A DNA stretch of 64,000 bases, taken from an uncultured Candidatus Saccharibacteria bacterium. GTDB lineage: Bacteria > Patescibacteriota > Minisyncoccia > Phycocordibacterales > PCTT01. This document shows positions 48,825 to 58,479 of this stretch, piece after piece. The stretch covers positions 46,529 through 110,528 of the forward strand of contig CAZMIM010000002.1 of assembly GCA_964566505.1 (NCBI GenBank), given 5' to 3'. The notes under the pieces are model-generated. The model saw only the letters and a program-made list of their open reading frames with translations, was not told the DNA's origin and made no database searches. Each line of letters opens with the position of its first letter. Position 1 is the stretch's first letter. The translations under genes and the position numbers were made by a program.

Positions 48825-49516
48825 TATATATCACCAAATATTAGACGTAATTGCTGAGAAGCTCTAGAGAAAAGGTTGTTTTTATCACGAGCGGACAAAC
48901 TAATAGAAACAGAGCCTCCTACCCCACCATCTCGCAGAGTTATTTTTGGAGAATTATTATTTATTAAGTTTCTATTGATTTTCCACTCATAATCAACAAA
49001 ATAAGAATCTCTTTCTGAGGCAAAGAAGAACGGATACGCCTCGAGCGTAATTTCTGTGTCTGTTGTGTTTATCTCATCACCCCATGATTGTCCAAAAAGA
49101 GTTCCAAGAGCGGGGTTGTTTTTGTAAATATATATTTCTGGGTCTGATACTTGGAGAGAAATACTTTTATTTGAAATTACAGCGCCGTTCTCATCCACTA
49201 GCTCAAGCGTTACTGTATTATTTCTAGGAGAGCTTGTGAACACAAAAGTATCTTTACCAACACCAGATTGCTCAGCAATACCGTAGTTGTTAAATCTCCA
49301 TCGATAATTTAGTGATTGAGGATTTACCACATCAACAATCGCAACAACACGAACACTAGCGCCTACAGTAATAAGGGGTCGGCCTGTATAAAATGGCGGT
49401 GTATATGTTTCTGCTTCCCAAAGCAGATCAATATCATCTGCGGTCTGTGCACTTACTACATTAGAAAAAGAAAGAAAAACAAAAAGTATTATTGTTATGT
49501 AGAGTATTTTTTTCAT
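48824..49516 (-). CDS. Secreted hypothetical protein (T4SS-like operon)
   Basis: Signal peptide MKKILYITIILFVFLSFSNVVSAQ, beta-rich. The start and stop codons overlap the neighbouring genes by 1 nt. Confidence 0.5.
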   Translation of the reverse strand: MKKILYITIILFVFLSFSNVVSAQTADDIDLLWEAETYTPPFYTGRPLITVGASVRVVAIVDVVNPQSLNYRWRFNNYGIAEQSGVGKDTFVFTSSPRNNTVTLELVDENGAVISNKSISLQVSDPEIYIYKNNPALGTLFGQSWGDEINTTDTEITLEAYPFFFASERDSYFVDYEWKINRNLINNNSPKITLRDGGVGGSVSISLSARDKNNLFSRASQQLRLIFGDI

Positions 49517-49920
49517 TATGCTGCTCTATTTATAAGTCGCTCTTTTCTAGCAACTCGCTCTTGTTGGACACGAGAAAGTGTTTGGTTTGTTTTTTGTGCA
49601 CTTTGTTTCTCAGTATCCTCTTCTCGAGTTGCTTTGATGTTTAGAAATACTACTGTCGTAAGCTCAGGCAAAGCATTCACGATTGGTATAAGACCAACAA
49701 TCATTCCAACAACAGCTCCTTGCGCCATCTTTTTGTTTTGTGTGTATGGTGCGCCATTTATAATGAACCACACAGGAAATATTATCCAGCTCGCGAGCCA
49801 TGTTGCCCAGTTTGCAACAGTCCCTACCGCAAGGGCGGTAAGCAAAAGCTCTAGCAAGTCAATAAAGAGTGCTGTTCCGAGCATAAGCCATTTTGTGATG
49901 TCGCTGATTCGGTAGTCCAT
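49516..49920 (-). CDS. Small 3-TM membrane protein (T4SS-like operon)
   Basis: 134-aa ORF with three hydrophobic helices and a basic C-terminal tail. It has 1-nt overlaps on both sides. Confidence 0.5.
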   Translation of the reverse strand: MDYRISDITKWLMLGTALFIDLLELLLTALAVGTVANWATWLASWIIFPVWFIINGAPYTQNKKMAQGAVVGMIVGLIPIVNALPELTTVVFLNIKATREEDTEKQSAQKTNQTLSRVQQERVARKERLINRAA

Positions 49921-51737
49921 TATTGTTGTGGGTTAACTGCGTCTTTTTGGTTCTTTATAGCCAAAAGCTGAGACGGGTCAGATGTAATTATTTGATCTTC
50001 TGTGTAAGAAGCAATAATCTTTATAGCCACATGCTTTAGACCTGCAAAGAATATTCCTTCCCCTACCCCAGATTCAAGGAGCAGATACTTTTCTTCGTCA
50101 GTTAGGTTGAAAGTTTTTTGCACTTCTTCAATGGCAGATGGACTTTGTTTTAGTAGTAGCTGTATAGAAGAGTTTGAGATAATAGGCATGCCGTATGGAG
50201 ATTTCAAAAAGTCGCCAACATCTTGTGTAATAGTTGAAAGCCCGAGGTAGTATTTTCGTCCTCGCTTTGCCATTCCAAACAGGAATGATGCAGTATCTTC
50301 TGAGCGCATCATCCACCACGCCTCATCAATTACCAAAAGCCGTTTCTTGAGCTCTTTTCGTACGGCGTTCCATATATAGTGGGTTACGATATGCATCGCT
50401 ACAGGCTTTAGCTCGTCTTCCATATCTCGTACTGAGAACACTACAAATTTCTTATCAATATCTACATTTGAAGCTTTATTAAGGAAGCCCGCCCATGTTC
50501 CTCGAGTGTATTTTGAAAGACGCTGTACAAGCGAGTCTGTTCCCTCTATTCCCGCAAGCACAAGCTCAAAATCAGATAGAAGCGGTGGCGAAATGTCTTT
50601 TAGGTCAGAGTCAGGGGTAATGTCTTTCAGCGCGTATGTTTCAGTTATAGCTTTGTCGATAATAGAATCCTCTTCTGGTGTAAGTCCACCGAGCATGATT
50701 CGCATAAGTCCCACAAGAGACACGATATGTGAACGAAGTACGTCTGCAGGAGACTCATCTTCTCGTGGTTTTGGAAGATCAAATGGGTTTATGTGGTGCT
50801 CTGATGTGAGTGAGATGTTGAAGTACCTACCGCCAGTAGATTCTGCTAGATATTCGTATTCTCTTTCTGGGTCAATAACAATTACATCAGTTCCAAACAT
50901 AAGTGAACGCAAAATCTCAAGCTTGGTAGCGTATGATTTTCCAGAACCAGCTTGCGCAAATGTTACAGAGTTATAGTTTTCCATTGAAAAACGGTCGAAG
51001 AGTATCAGGCTTGAGTTGTGTCGGTTGATTCCATAAAGTATTCCCCTATTTGATGTCAGGTCAAAAGAAATAAATGGGAACAAGCTAGATAGTGGTGATG
51101 AGTTTAGCTTTGAGTGCACTTTTAATGCATCGCTTGATATAGGAAGAACGCTTTTAAAGCCTTGCTCTTGCTGGAAGAGTGCTGGTTTTAGGTAGATAAG
51201 TTTTGATTCCAATACTGACTTAAGCTCTGACTCAATTTTATCGAGCTCATCTGAAGAGTCTCCATAAATAGTTATATAGAGCCCAACATCAAAGATGCGC
51301 TCTCGTGCTTGTTGTAGGTCATCTCGGAGCTGTTCAAGGTCTTGATAAGCTGTATCAAGCATTGGGTCTCGCACGAGTCCTTTTTCGTATCGTGTATTGA
51401 TTTGGCTTTCTACTTCAGCAACTTTTTTCTGGAACTTTTTTAGTATTTGGGCTGTGTCTATTGGGTTTACCACAATAGATACATCAAATTCCCTATCCAT
51501 GTTTACCACAGGAGAAAACCAACTATCAGAAAGAAACCGAGGGTACGAGATTACGAAAAATGTTCGAGCAACCTTGTCCCCCAGACCAAGCTCTTTTGAA
51601 GAAACTTTTAGTGCAGAAGGTGCAATAACATCTTGAAGCTCCAAAACCCCAGCCTCGTATATTTGCTGCGGAAGCACTGGTGTAATAGAAGGGTTTGCAG
51701 ACTCTTTATTCTTTTTTAGAAAATCAAATATGCCCAT
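49920..51737 (-). CDS. virB4: VirB4/TrsE-family type IV secretion ATPase
   Basis: Walker A AQAGSGKSYATK, DPEREYEYL, Walker B LLVIDEAWWMM, and the N-terminal pattern ARTFFVISYPRFL typical of VirB4-like proteins. Confidence 0.85.
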   Translation of the reverse strand: MGIFDFLKKNKESANPSITPVLPQQIYEAGVLELQDVIAPSALKVSSKELGLGDKVARTFFVISYPRFLSDSWFSPVVNMDREFDVSIVVNPIDTAQILKKFQKKVAEVESQINTRYEKGLVRDPMLDTAYQDLEQLRDDLQQARERIFDVGLYITIYGDSSDELDKIESELKSVLESKLIYLKPALFQQEQGFKSVLPISSDALKVHSKLNSSPLSSLFPFISFDLTSNRGILYGINRHNSSLILFDRFSMENYNSVTFAQAGSGKSYATKLEILRSLMFGTDVIVIDPEREYEYLAESTGGRYFNISLTSEHHINPFDLPKPREDESPADVLRSHIVSLVGLMRIMLGGLTPEEDSIIDKAITETYALKDITPDSDLKDISPPLLSDFELVLAGIEGTDSLVQRLSKYTRGTWAGFLNKASNVDIDKKFVVFSVRDMEDELKPVAMHIVTHYIWNAVRKELKKRLLVIDEAWWMMRSEDTASFLFGMAKRGRKYYLGLSTITQDVGDFLKSPYGMPIISNSSIQLLLKQSPSAIEEVQKTFNLTDEEKYLLLESGVGEGIFFAGLKHVAIKIIASYTEDQIITSDPSQLLAIKNQKDAVNPQQ

Positions 51738-51738
51738 A

Positions 51739-52383
51739 TTATTTTAGTGGAATTGGTTTTTCTAGATCTCCAGGGTTGAATATTTTGTAATAAAGTTCGA
51801 TAAGCTCTTCTGTGCCAAGTCGTGCCACTTGTACTCCAGTACGAGAAAGACCTTGCTCTACTATTCCCACCCTTTGCTCAAGCTGTGAAAGGTATTCTTG
51901 GAATGTCTGATCATCATTTTGTGTGCTCTGACCCCCTTTTTTCTTTCCTGGAAGTAGTGATGTGATACCTCCCTTTTGTTTTATAACAGGAGGAGTATAA
52001 GGAACCACAACAAAGAAAGATTTTGACATAATATCTGACCCTTCAGTGAACTTTTTGATGAAGTTTATATATTCCTGGGTCTGAATCTTCATCAAATCAT
52101 TACTTTGTTTTGTTTGGAGCTCTTCTAGAAGCGCTATATACGGTCTGATATCAAGCTCTCGAGATTGGATGAAGAACTGCACAGAGAAATCTAGCGAGTT
52201 TAGGAAGTTTTGAAACTGGAACAATACAGACTCCTGCTCATCACGAGATTTAAGTGCAAGGTTTATAGACGAAGCCATCAAAACAGCCCTAAGCGACTTG
52301 TCTTTAAGTACCACAACGCCGCCTCGAATCTCCTCGATAGGTACAAAATTTTGTGCTGATTGTGCGTTTTGTGTAGTAGCCAT
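51739..52383 (-). CDS. Hypothetical protein resembling a free-standing VirB4 N-terminal-type region
   Basis: FVPIEEIRGGVVVLKDKSLRAVLMASSINLALKSRDEQESVLFQFQNFLNSL parallels the N-terminal pattern of VirB4 proteins. The stop is followed by T-ATG of virB4. Confidence 0.4.
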   Translation of the reverse strand: MATTQNAQSAQNFVPIEEIRGGVVVLKDKSLRAVLMASSINLALKSRDEQESVLFQFQNFLNSLDFSVQFFIQSRELDIRPYIALLEELQTKQSNDLMKIQTQEYINFIKKFTEGSDIMSKSFFVVVPYTPPVIKQKGGITSLLPGKKKGGQSTQNDDQTFQEYLSQLEQRVGIVEQGLSRTGVQVARLGTEELIELYYKIFNPGDLEKPIPLK

Positions 52384-52385
52384 AG

Positions 52386-52829
52386 TTATCTAATGGTATC
52401 AGGTTTTTTATTTTGTGCTTCTTGTGAATACATGCTGTCTTTTACCCCCAAACTCCATGCAATATCTTTTAGCTTGCTATCAGATAGACGAGGAACAGTG
52501 ACCTGTTCTATTGCTGTTTTTGCAGAAGCGCTTTTTTGTGTCGGTTTTTTCTGATTTTTCTTCCAAATATAGAGCTTCCCCCCAAACGAATACTTTATAG
52601 CTGACTCCATAATCTCAATAAATGGTTTTCCATTGATTTTGTAGAAAGCGAGCGCAAGCGCCAAGCCAACAATGGGAACAATAAGAAGTATTGCAATGAT
52701 TGTTGGCAGGACTTGCCAGATAACAAACGCAATACCTCCCCCACCAGCAACATACACAAATTGTTTGAATGTGAGTGGGCCAAAGATTTTGTCTTCAACC
52801 TCGATAAATTGTGGTACTTGGAATTGCAT
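52386..52829 (-). CDS. PrgI/VirB3-like small membrane protein
   Basis: MQFQVPQFIEVEDKIFGPLTFKQFVYV followed by two TM helices, the pattern of PrgI-family proteins of Gram-positive-type T4SS. Confidence 0.6.
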   Translation of the reverse strand: MQFQVPQFIEVEDKIFGPLTFKQFVYVAGGGGIAFVIWQVLPTIIAILLIVPIVGLALALAFYKINGKPFIEIMESAIKYSFGGKLYIWKKNQKKPTQKSASAKTAIEQVTVPRLSDSKLKDIAWSLGVKDSMYSQEAQNKKPDTIR

Positions 52830-52834
52830 AATAA

Positions 52835-53413
52835 TTATTCTACTGATTCTCGATATGGATCCGATGATTTTTGTGGGACATTTTGTTTCGGCTGAGGTGC
52901 TTTCTTTGTCTGGTTCTTAATCACAACAGGCTCATTTAGTTTTGAGCCAACAACAGCGTTTGTTTTCTGTGGTTTCTCTATTTCTTTTAGAAGCTCATCT
53001 GACACAGATGGTCTTGGCGCTTGGGTTTTCAGCTCTTGTGCGCTCGGGTGTTCTACTGGTTTTATTTTTTCTGCCGGCATAGGCTCGCTAACAGCTTGTC
53101 TTTTTGGTGCTATTAGGTGCTGTCTTATTGGTTGGAATATTTGTGAATCCACATCAGAGATTATTTGATTAATTTTTTCTTCAGGAAGTTGTAAGGCACT
53201 TTTTAGGTTTTTAGGAAAATCATTTGGTTGTGTAAACCCAAGGATAACCAAACTAATTTGGTCTGCCAAAAGCCCTGATTGCTCAATGTTTAGGCCGTGT
53301 TTTTCTTGAATTCCAGAGAGCGTTTCAATGGCGATATCTGTTGTGAGCGAGTCTTTAAGCTCTTGTGGAAGCTCTCCAAATCGCTCTATTCTTTTGTCTT
53401 TAGGAACACTCAT
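52835..53413 (-). CDS. Hypothetical soluble protein (T4SS-like operon)
   Basis: 192-aa ORF with no TM helix and a proline/charged C-terminal half. Confidence 0.45.
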   Translation of the reverse strand: MSVPKDKRIERFGELPQELKDSLTTDIAIETLSGIQEKHGLNIEQSGLLADQISLVILGFTQPNDFPKNLKSALQLPEEKINQIISDVDSQIFQPIRQHLIAPKRQAVSEPMPAEKIKPVEHPSAQELKTQAPRPSVSDELLKEIEKPQKTNAVVGSKLNEPVVIKNQTKKAPQPKQNVPQKSSDPYRESVE

Positions 53414-53416
53414 TTT

Positions 53417-56014
53417 TTAGAAGTTATATTGACCGTACCCTTTTGTCAGCCAGTCGTTAACATTTATTTGTGCCTCAGTAGCAACTTTCCTATCAACAAG
53501 GTCTTTGAATAGTTGACGAATCTCAGCTTTATCTTTCGCATCAAGCTTCTTTGCCAAAGCTATAAATCTAGTTGAATCGAGCTGTTTTTGGAATTCTTTG
53601 TCAGTAAGAATGTCTCTCTCTAGCTTTGCAAGGTCCTCAGGGTCTCCGATATCCCTTATTGCGTCTCTTATTACATCACCAAAACCTGATTTAAGGGCTT
53701 TTCTTAAGGGCTTAACTCTAGACTCTTTTATTTGTTTTTTTAGCGCCCCATCAACATCTTTCCTATCAAGAAGTGTTTTGTATTGTCCCCCACTCATGTT
53801 TGCCACCATTACATCAACTAGTTTTGGATCACCAAGAATTTCATTGCCAATATTTTCAACATCCTTACTTGTAAGTGTGTTTAAGGCGTCTTTAACATCT
53901 TTTTTTGCACCACTTTTTAGGGCAGTAGATAGTGTATTTAGATAGGTTTCTCTTACTTTTGATTTATCTTTTTCAGATTTTTTATCCAAACTTAGGAATT
54001 TGTTGAAATGCGACGAATTCATAAAAGGCGTTATTTTTTCTAGTAGTTCGTCACCAATTTTATCGAAGTTTCCGCTGTGTCTTCCATCTAGAAGATTTCT
54101 AATATCAGTTTGTGGTGTATTTGTTTCTCCTTTTCCATCTAGGGCATCCTTTAGATCACTAAAGAAAGCTGTTCTAAGAGATTTCTTTTCATTTGAATTA
54201 AGGTCTCCTTTTTCAGCTGCCTCAAGTTGTCCACCATTCATATACGGGGCAAGTTTTTCTAGTTGCTCTAGTGACATGTTCTCAAAGTCTTTGTTTGAGA
54301 AAGTTTTAAGAACATTTTTAAGTTCTTCGATTGCACCCTTAACATTATTTGAGATGTCTTCGAGAGGTTTATTAACTCTCTCCATGTATGCTTTTTGAAT
54401 CTTTTTCTTCTCACCCTCTGATTTGTCGCTCTTATCAATCGCTTCCATTTGCTTGGCATTAAGAAGTGGTGCAATTTTTGATAGAGCTCCAGTACTTAGA
54501 TCGGAAACTTCTTTATTTGTCATACTGCCAATAATACTCTTTATGTCTTTATGAATTTGATCCTTACGCGCGTCATATTCTGGCTGAGTAAATAAACCTC
54601 CAGAAAACTGTTCGTTGAGCTTGTCGAGTTTTTTTGCAAGAGCCGTAAGCTCAGAAGCCCTTGCGCTTTTTGTTCGTGATGCGTCTTCTGCTCTTTTTCG
54701 CTTATCTTGCTCTTTTAGGTTCATTGAGCCACCAAATTTTGAGTCTTCAACAGACTGAATTCCTCGTCTTACAGCTCTGCTTCCGGCATCTGTTACGGCT
54801 GCAATTCCAGTATATTTTGTGAGTGGTTTGTATATTTTTCCAAGAGGGTGAGTCGATGGTTTTGCGGTTCTAAATCGCTCGTCATATCTGTCATAAACTT
54901 TTCCAGCACGTTTTGCTAGCCTGCCCGCCACATTTCTTCCAACCCAACTTCGTGTGCTGTTTCCCCAACCTATTACTGTTTGGGCTCCAGTGGCGCCAAC
55001 CTGCTTTGAGATAACAAGTGCACCAATCATGAAGCCGCTAATTATTGTAAATACCAATATTAAGTCTAATCCGCCAGCTGGGTTTTTTAGAGTTTCGGCA
55101 AAAGTTTGTGAGTTTCCCAGAAAACGCAGTTGGAATGTCGGGTGTGTAACAATTTTTGCAGTTAGCCATATCATTGCAAAGTATATAGGCGCAAAGAACG
55201 CTTGTTCTAATAAGACTTTCTTCCACTTGTTCCAATATGATTTTGTGTTCGGAAGTATCATGGCCACGAACGCAAGCGGTGAGAGAATCATCAGAAATAC
55301 AAGCACCACAAATCTCGTAATCAAAAGGGCGGCGCCCGCAAAGAAAATAAACCCTGTTATAAGAAGGAATATTGAACCAAACACTCCAATGATAATTATC
55401 TCTGTGTGCCCTAGAGCTGGGTCGTCTGTAACACTGCTTCCATCTGGTTTATATATACTTTGGATTTTCATTGCATTTGCGAAAACACCAGCAATTCCTC
55501 CTTCTCTAACCCCACTTGTAGGGTCTATTGTTTCTCCGGTTATGCCATCTTGTACCTCGACTGCATTATAGAACTGTAGAGAAACTATATTTGCAACATC
55601 TATAACTACTTTTGTGAAAAATAAGCTGAAGTTTATTAAAAGACCTACTATCACTACATTTAGAATTATTTTCTTTGCATTGAAGCTTGGAATATTTAAT
55701 ACGGTCGCAATAGATGCATAGATTAAAAAGAAAATAAATAACACATTTGCAAAGTCGCGGAATGTCTCCCACCCTATTGTCACAGCCCCAAGGCTATCTA
55801 CGGTCGGTGCCATATTTACTACAAGACGCTCAATTGCAATGTTAAACAAAAGGCCTCCAATACCCATAATCCAACCGCTTATGGTTAGGAAAACGTTTGC
55901 AACAGTGGCCATAACTCCCTCACCAAGAGCAAAGGCAAACTCAGAACCCACAGGAGAGAATGCTCCTGCGAGTACAAAGAATATGAAGATTATGAATATA
56001 TATTTTCTCTTCAC
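53417..56014 (-). CDS. VirB6/TrbL-like polytopic membrane protein with long repeat-containing cytoplasmic tail
   Basis: The N-terminal ~370 aa contain about 8 TM helices of TrbL/VirB6-like organisation. The C-terminal ~480 aa hold about five degenerate ~55-aa helical repeats (..L..L.P.[LM]N..Q..A..K.D...EKK..). Confidence 0.55.
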   Translation of the reverse strand: MKRKYIFIIFIFFVLAGAFSPVGSEFAFALGEGVMATVANVFLTISGWIMGIGGLLFNIAIERLVVNMAPTVDSLGAVTIGWETFRDFANVLFIFFLIYASIATVLNIPSFNAKKIILNVVIVGLLINFSLFFTKVVIDVANIVSLQFYNAVEVQDGITGETIDPTSGVREGGIAGVFANAMKIQSIYKPDGSSVTDDPALGHTEIIIIGVFGSIFLLITGFIFFAGAALLITRFVVLVFLMILSPLAFVAMILPNTKSYWNKWKKVLLEQAFFAPIYFAMIWLTAKIVTHPTFQLRFLGNSQTFAETLKNPAGGLDLILVFTIISGFMIGALVISKQVGATGAQTVIGWGNSTRSWVGRNVAGRLAKRAGKVYDRYDERFRTAKPSTHPLGKIYKPLTKYTGIAAVTDAGSRAVRRGIQSVEDSKFGGSMNLKEQDKRKRAEDASRTKSARASELTALAKKLDKLNEQFSGGLFTQPEYDARKDQIHKDIKSIIGSMTNKEVSDLSTGALSKIAPLLNAKQMEAIDKSDKSEGEKKKIQKAYMERVNKPLEDISNNVKGAIEELKNVLKTFSNKDFENMSLEQLEKLAPYMNGGQLEAAEKGDLNSNEKKSLRTAFFSDLKDALDGKGETNTPQTDIRNLLDGRHSGNFDKIGDELLEKITPFMNSSHFNKFLSLDKKSEKDKSKVRETYLNTLSTALKSGAKKDVKDALNTLTSKDVENIGNEILGDPKLVDVMVANMSGGQYKTLLDRKDVDGALKKQIKESRVKPLRKALKSGFGDVIRDAIRDIGDPEDLAKLERDILTDKEFQKQLDSTRFIALAKKLDAKDKAEIRQLFKDLVDRKVATEAQINVNDWLTKGYGQYNF

Positions 56015-56028
56015 GAATTAATTAATGA

Positions 56029-58476
56029 TTATTGGCCACCTGTTCCCTCATCACCCCCGCTTTTGTCTGGGTCGTCCGATCCACCACGAGAACCAAAGAA
56101 GTCTCTGCTTCCTGTTACTGGCCCACCGCCAGAGCCTGGCTGTGATGGACATGTGATAGTGAGCCGGTAATCTCCATCATGATATAGAACCACTCCGTAT
56201 GCACTGCTTTGTACCGCGCTTCTAATATCTGCCCCTCCATATGAGCTTCTGTCACTTCTATATACTATTTGATATCTTTCTCCACCAAGCCCCTCAAATG
56301 TTGCTGGTTGCCCAGAGCTTTTGTTTATAAACTCACCTGTACATGTGCCCGTGCTTTGTATTTCTGTGTATGACCAGTCTACATAAGATGCATATCGTGG
56401 TGATGCTCCTTCTCCAAGGTCTGTGTACTCAACATCACTTATTTGAATTGTTGGTCGAAGAACAGAACAACTTCCTGTGATACTTGAACGGAAGTGTGAG
56501 ATTTGTTGTACGAGTTGTAGCATTCTCACCGCCTCACCAGCAAGATCGCCAACATTTGGCACGCTATTTATTAGTGCGCGATGTCGTGTATCAATATCAT
56601 TTATCTCTTCTTCGTCTGCACCAGAAATTTCATCAAGTTCATCAAGTAGTGCTCCAGCGTCTTCAATACTCTCTTCTACTACAGATATTAGATTTAAGTA
56701 TGTGTAGTAGTCTGCTCCGTCTCTAACAAGACTTCGTGTGTTGTATGAGTCTCGGAGCTCTTCATAGCTTGCTCTTGCAATTGTACTTTGTTGAGTTGTA
56801 CCACACGCATTTAGGTCAAGATATATATCGCTGAGATTTATTTCATCATTTTGGAAAGCTCCAATATCTAGTGTGTATGGCTCACAAACATCACCCCTGT
56901 CATCATCTGGATCGCCAGTGTACTCACCCGCATCATATGTCTCACACGCTTGAACTGGCGAAAGCGCGCTTCCAAATTCATTAAACAGATCCTGAACATC
57001 ATCCATTGTGAAATAATAGGCAGATATTGGTATACCAATATTTCCTTTTGTTCTATTGAATTGCGCTACAGCAAGTAGATCCCTCAAGTTAGTAATTGTT
57101 TCTACCAAAGAAGCTCTGATTTGTGCAATTCGAAGTGAGTTTGCTGAGCTTGGTGGAGTGCTTCCACTCCCTGCATATCGTAGACCTCTTTCTGGGTCTT
57201 GTATTTTGCCAAAGAGTGAATCTGCAAAGCCAGAAACAATCTCATTCATTTCATCAGCATATATAGCTCTTTCATAATCACCTATTGCAACCTTTTCTAC
57301 AATTGCTCCTACAAGGTTTCCAGGGGTAATTACTTCTGGGTATCGTCCGTCAGCACATCTTCCTATGGAGCTTGGCTGAGAACCATCTTCACATCGAAGT
57401 TCTGGCAAGTATCCGTTGCCGTATCGGAGCTGTTCAAGCTCATAGTCGCGTGACTCATCGATAAACTGAGAAAGTTTTTCTGTTTGATCTATATATGCTG
57501 TATATGGGTTGCTTCCAGGATCTTCAAGTAGTGCAAACCATGCATTCCAACCACCCCTTTGGAAGTTCTCACTTAGGAAAACATCTGTATTTCCTCGTCC
57601 TAGTACATCCTCAAGCGCACATGTTTGTTGTCCGTACCCCCAAATACCTCGAGGCGCTATATATCCAGAGTATCCGCTTGGTCGGTAGTACGAACGATAG
57701 TAGTCGTTATATAGCGATGCTGAAATTCCATCACGATATGTTGTACAAATAGTGTTAAATGTCTCGCTGTCACCCATGAAGTCAGCAAATGCTTGGTCGG
57801 CTCTAAGTCTTAGCTGTGCTCCAAGGTTTGTAACGAAACGAGGGTTTCCAGCACGCGCGATTCCTTGTACCCATTTTCGTGTTTCGTCAGACATTGTTGC
57901 AAGTATTCTGTCTGCTGCTTCTCGTGCAAGCGCGTCATAACACTGCTCTTTTTTGTATGCGGCCTCCATTGCCTGTCTTAGTCCTGGCTCATACACTTCC
58001 TGTGGTCCTTTTTTCTTTCCTCCAAAAAATCCAGACACCAACCCCCCTACTATTCCACCTACTCCAGGAATATCTTCTATAAACTCTGCAGCCTGACCAA
58101 TTTTTTCTACCAAAGATGTGTCCTCAAGCAGGTCAACAACTCCGTTTACCGCAATTTCAAGACCTTGATCTACTCCTTCTGACACAGCGTCAGTGATAAC
58201 GCTTCCACTACATGCGTCTAGTATATAAATTCCTTCTCTAATTCTATTTACCCTATCTCCACCACCGAAAGGCACTCCAGGATTGAGTATTATGTTTGTG
58301 AAAATGTCAGAGATATTGTCATTTACATCAATATCAGACCCTCTATTGTTTGAATCACAAAGACCTGGGTCTAGGTCACAAATATCGCTTTGCGCCAATG
58401 CGTTGTTTGGCGTTATAAAAAATAAAGCAAAAACTGAAAGAAGAAATATAGCAAAATAGAGTGGTGTTTTTTTCAT
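56029..58476 (-). CDS. Large secreted protein of unknown function (T4SS-like operon)
   Basis: 815-aa ORF with a signal peptide (...ITPNNALAQ), many Cys residues, and a Gly-rich C-terminus (GSGGGPVTGS...GGDEGTGGQ). Confidence 0.5.
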   Translation of the reverse strand: MKKTPLYFAIFLLSVFALFFITPNNALAQSDICDLDPGLCDSNNRGSDIDVNDNISDIFTNIILNPGVPFGGGDRVNRIREGIYILDACSGSVITDAVSEGVDQGLEIAVNGVVDLLEDTSLVEKIGQAAEFIEDIPGVGGIVGGLVSGFFGGKKKGPQEVYEPGLRQAMEAAYKKEQCYDALAREAADRILATMSDETRKWVQGIARAGNPRFVTNLGAQLRLRADQAFADFMGDSETFNTICTTYRDGISASLYNDYYRSYYRPSGYSGYIAPRGIWGYGQQTCALEDVLGRGNTDVFLSENFQRGGWNAWFALLEDPGSNPYTAYIDQTEKLSQFIDESRDYELEQLRYGNGYLPELRCEDGSQPSSIGRCADGRYPEVITPGNLVGAIVEKVAIGDYERAIYADEMNEIVSGFADSLFGKIQDPERGLRYAGSGSTPPSSANSLRIAQIRASLVETITNLRDLLAVAQFNRTKGNIGIPISAYYFTMDDVQDLFNEFGSALSPVQACETYDAGEYTGDPDDDRGDVCEPYTLDIGAFQNDEINLSDIYLDLNACGTTQQSTIARASYEELRDSYNTRSLVRDGADYYTYLNLISVVEESIEDAGALLDELDEISGADEEEINDIDTRHRALINSVPNVGDLAGEAVRMLQLVQQISHFRSSITGSCSVLRPTIQISDVEYTDLGEGASPRYASYVDWSYTEIQSTGTCTGEFINKSSGQPATFEGLGGERYQIVYRSDRSSYGGADIRSAVQSSAYGVVLYHDGDYRLTITCPSQPGSGGGPVTGSRDFFGSRGGSDDPDKSGGDEGTGGQ

Positions 58477-58479
58477 AAA

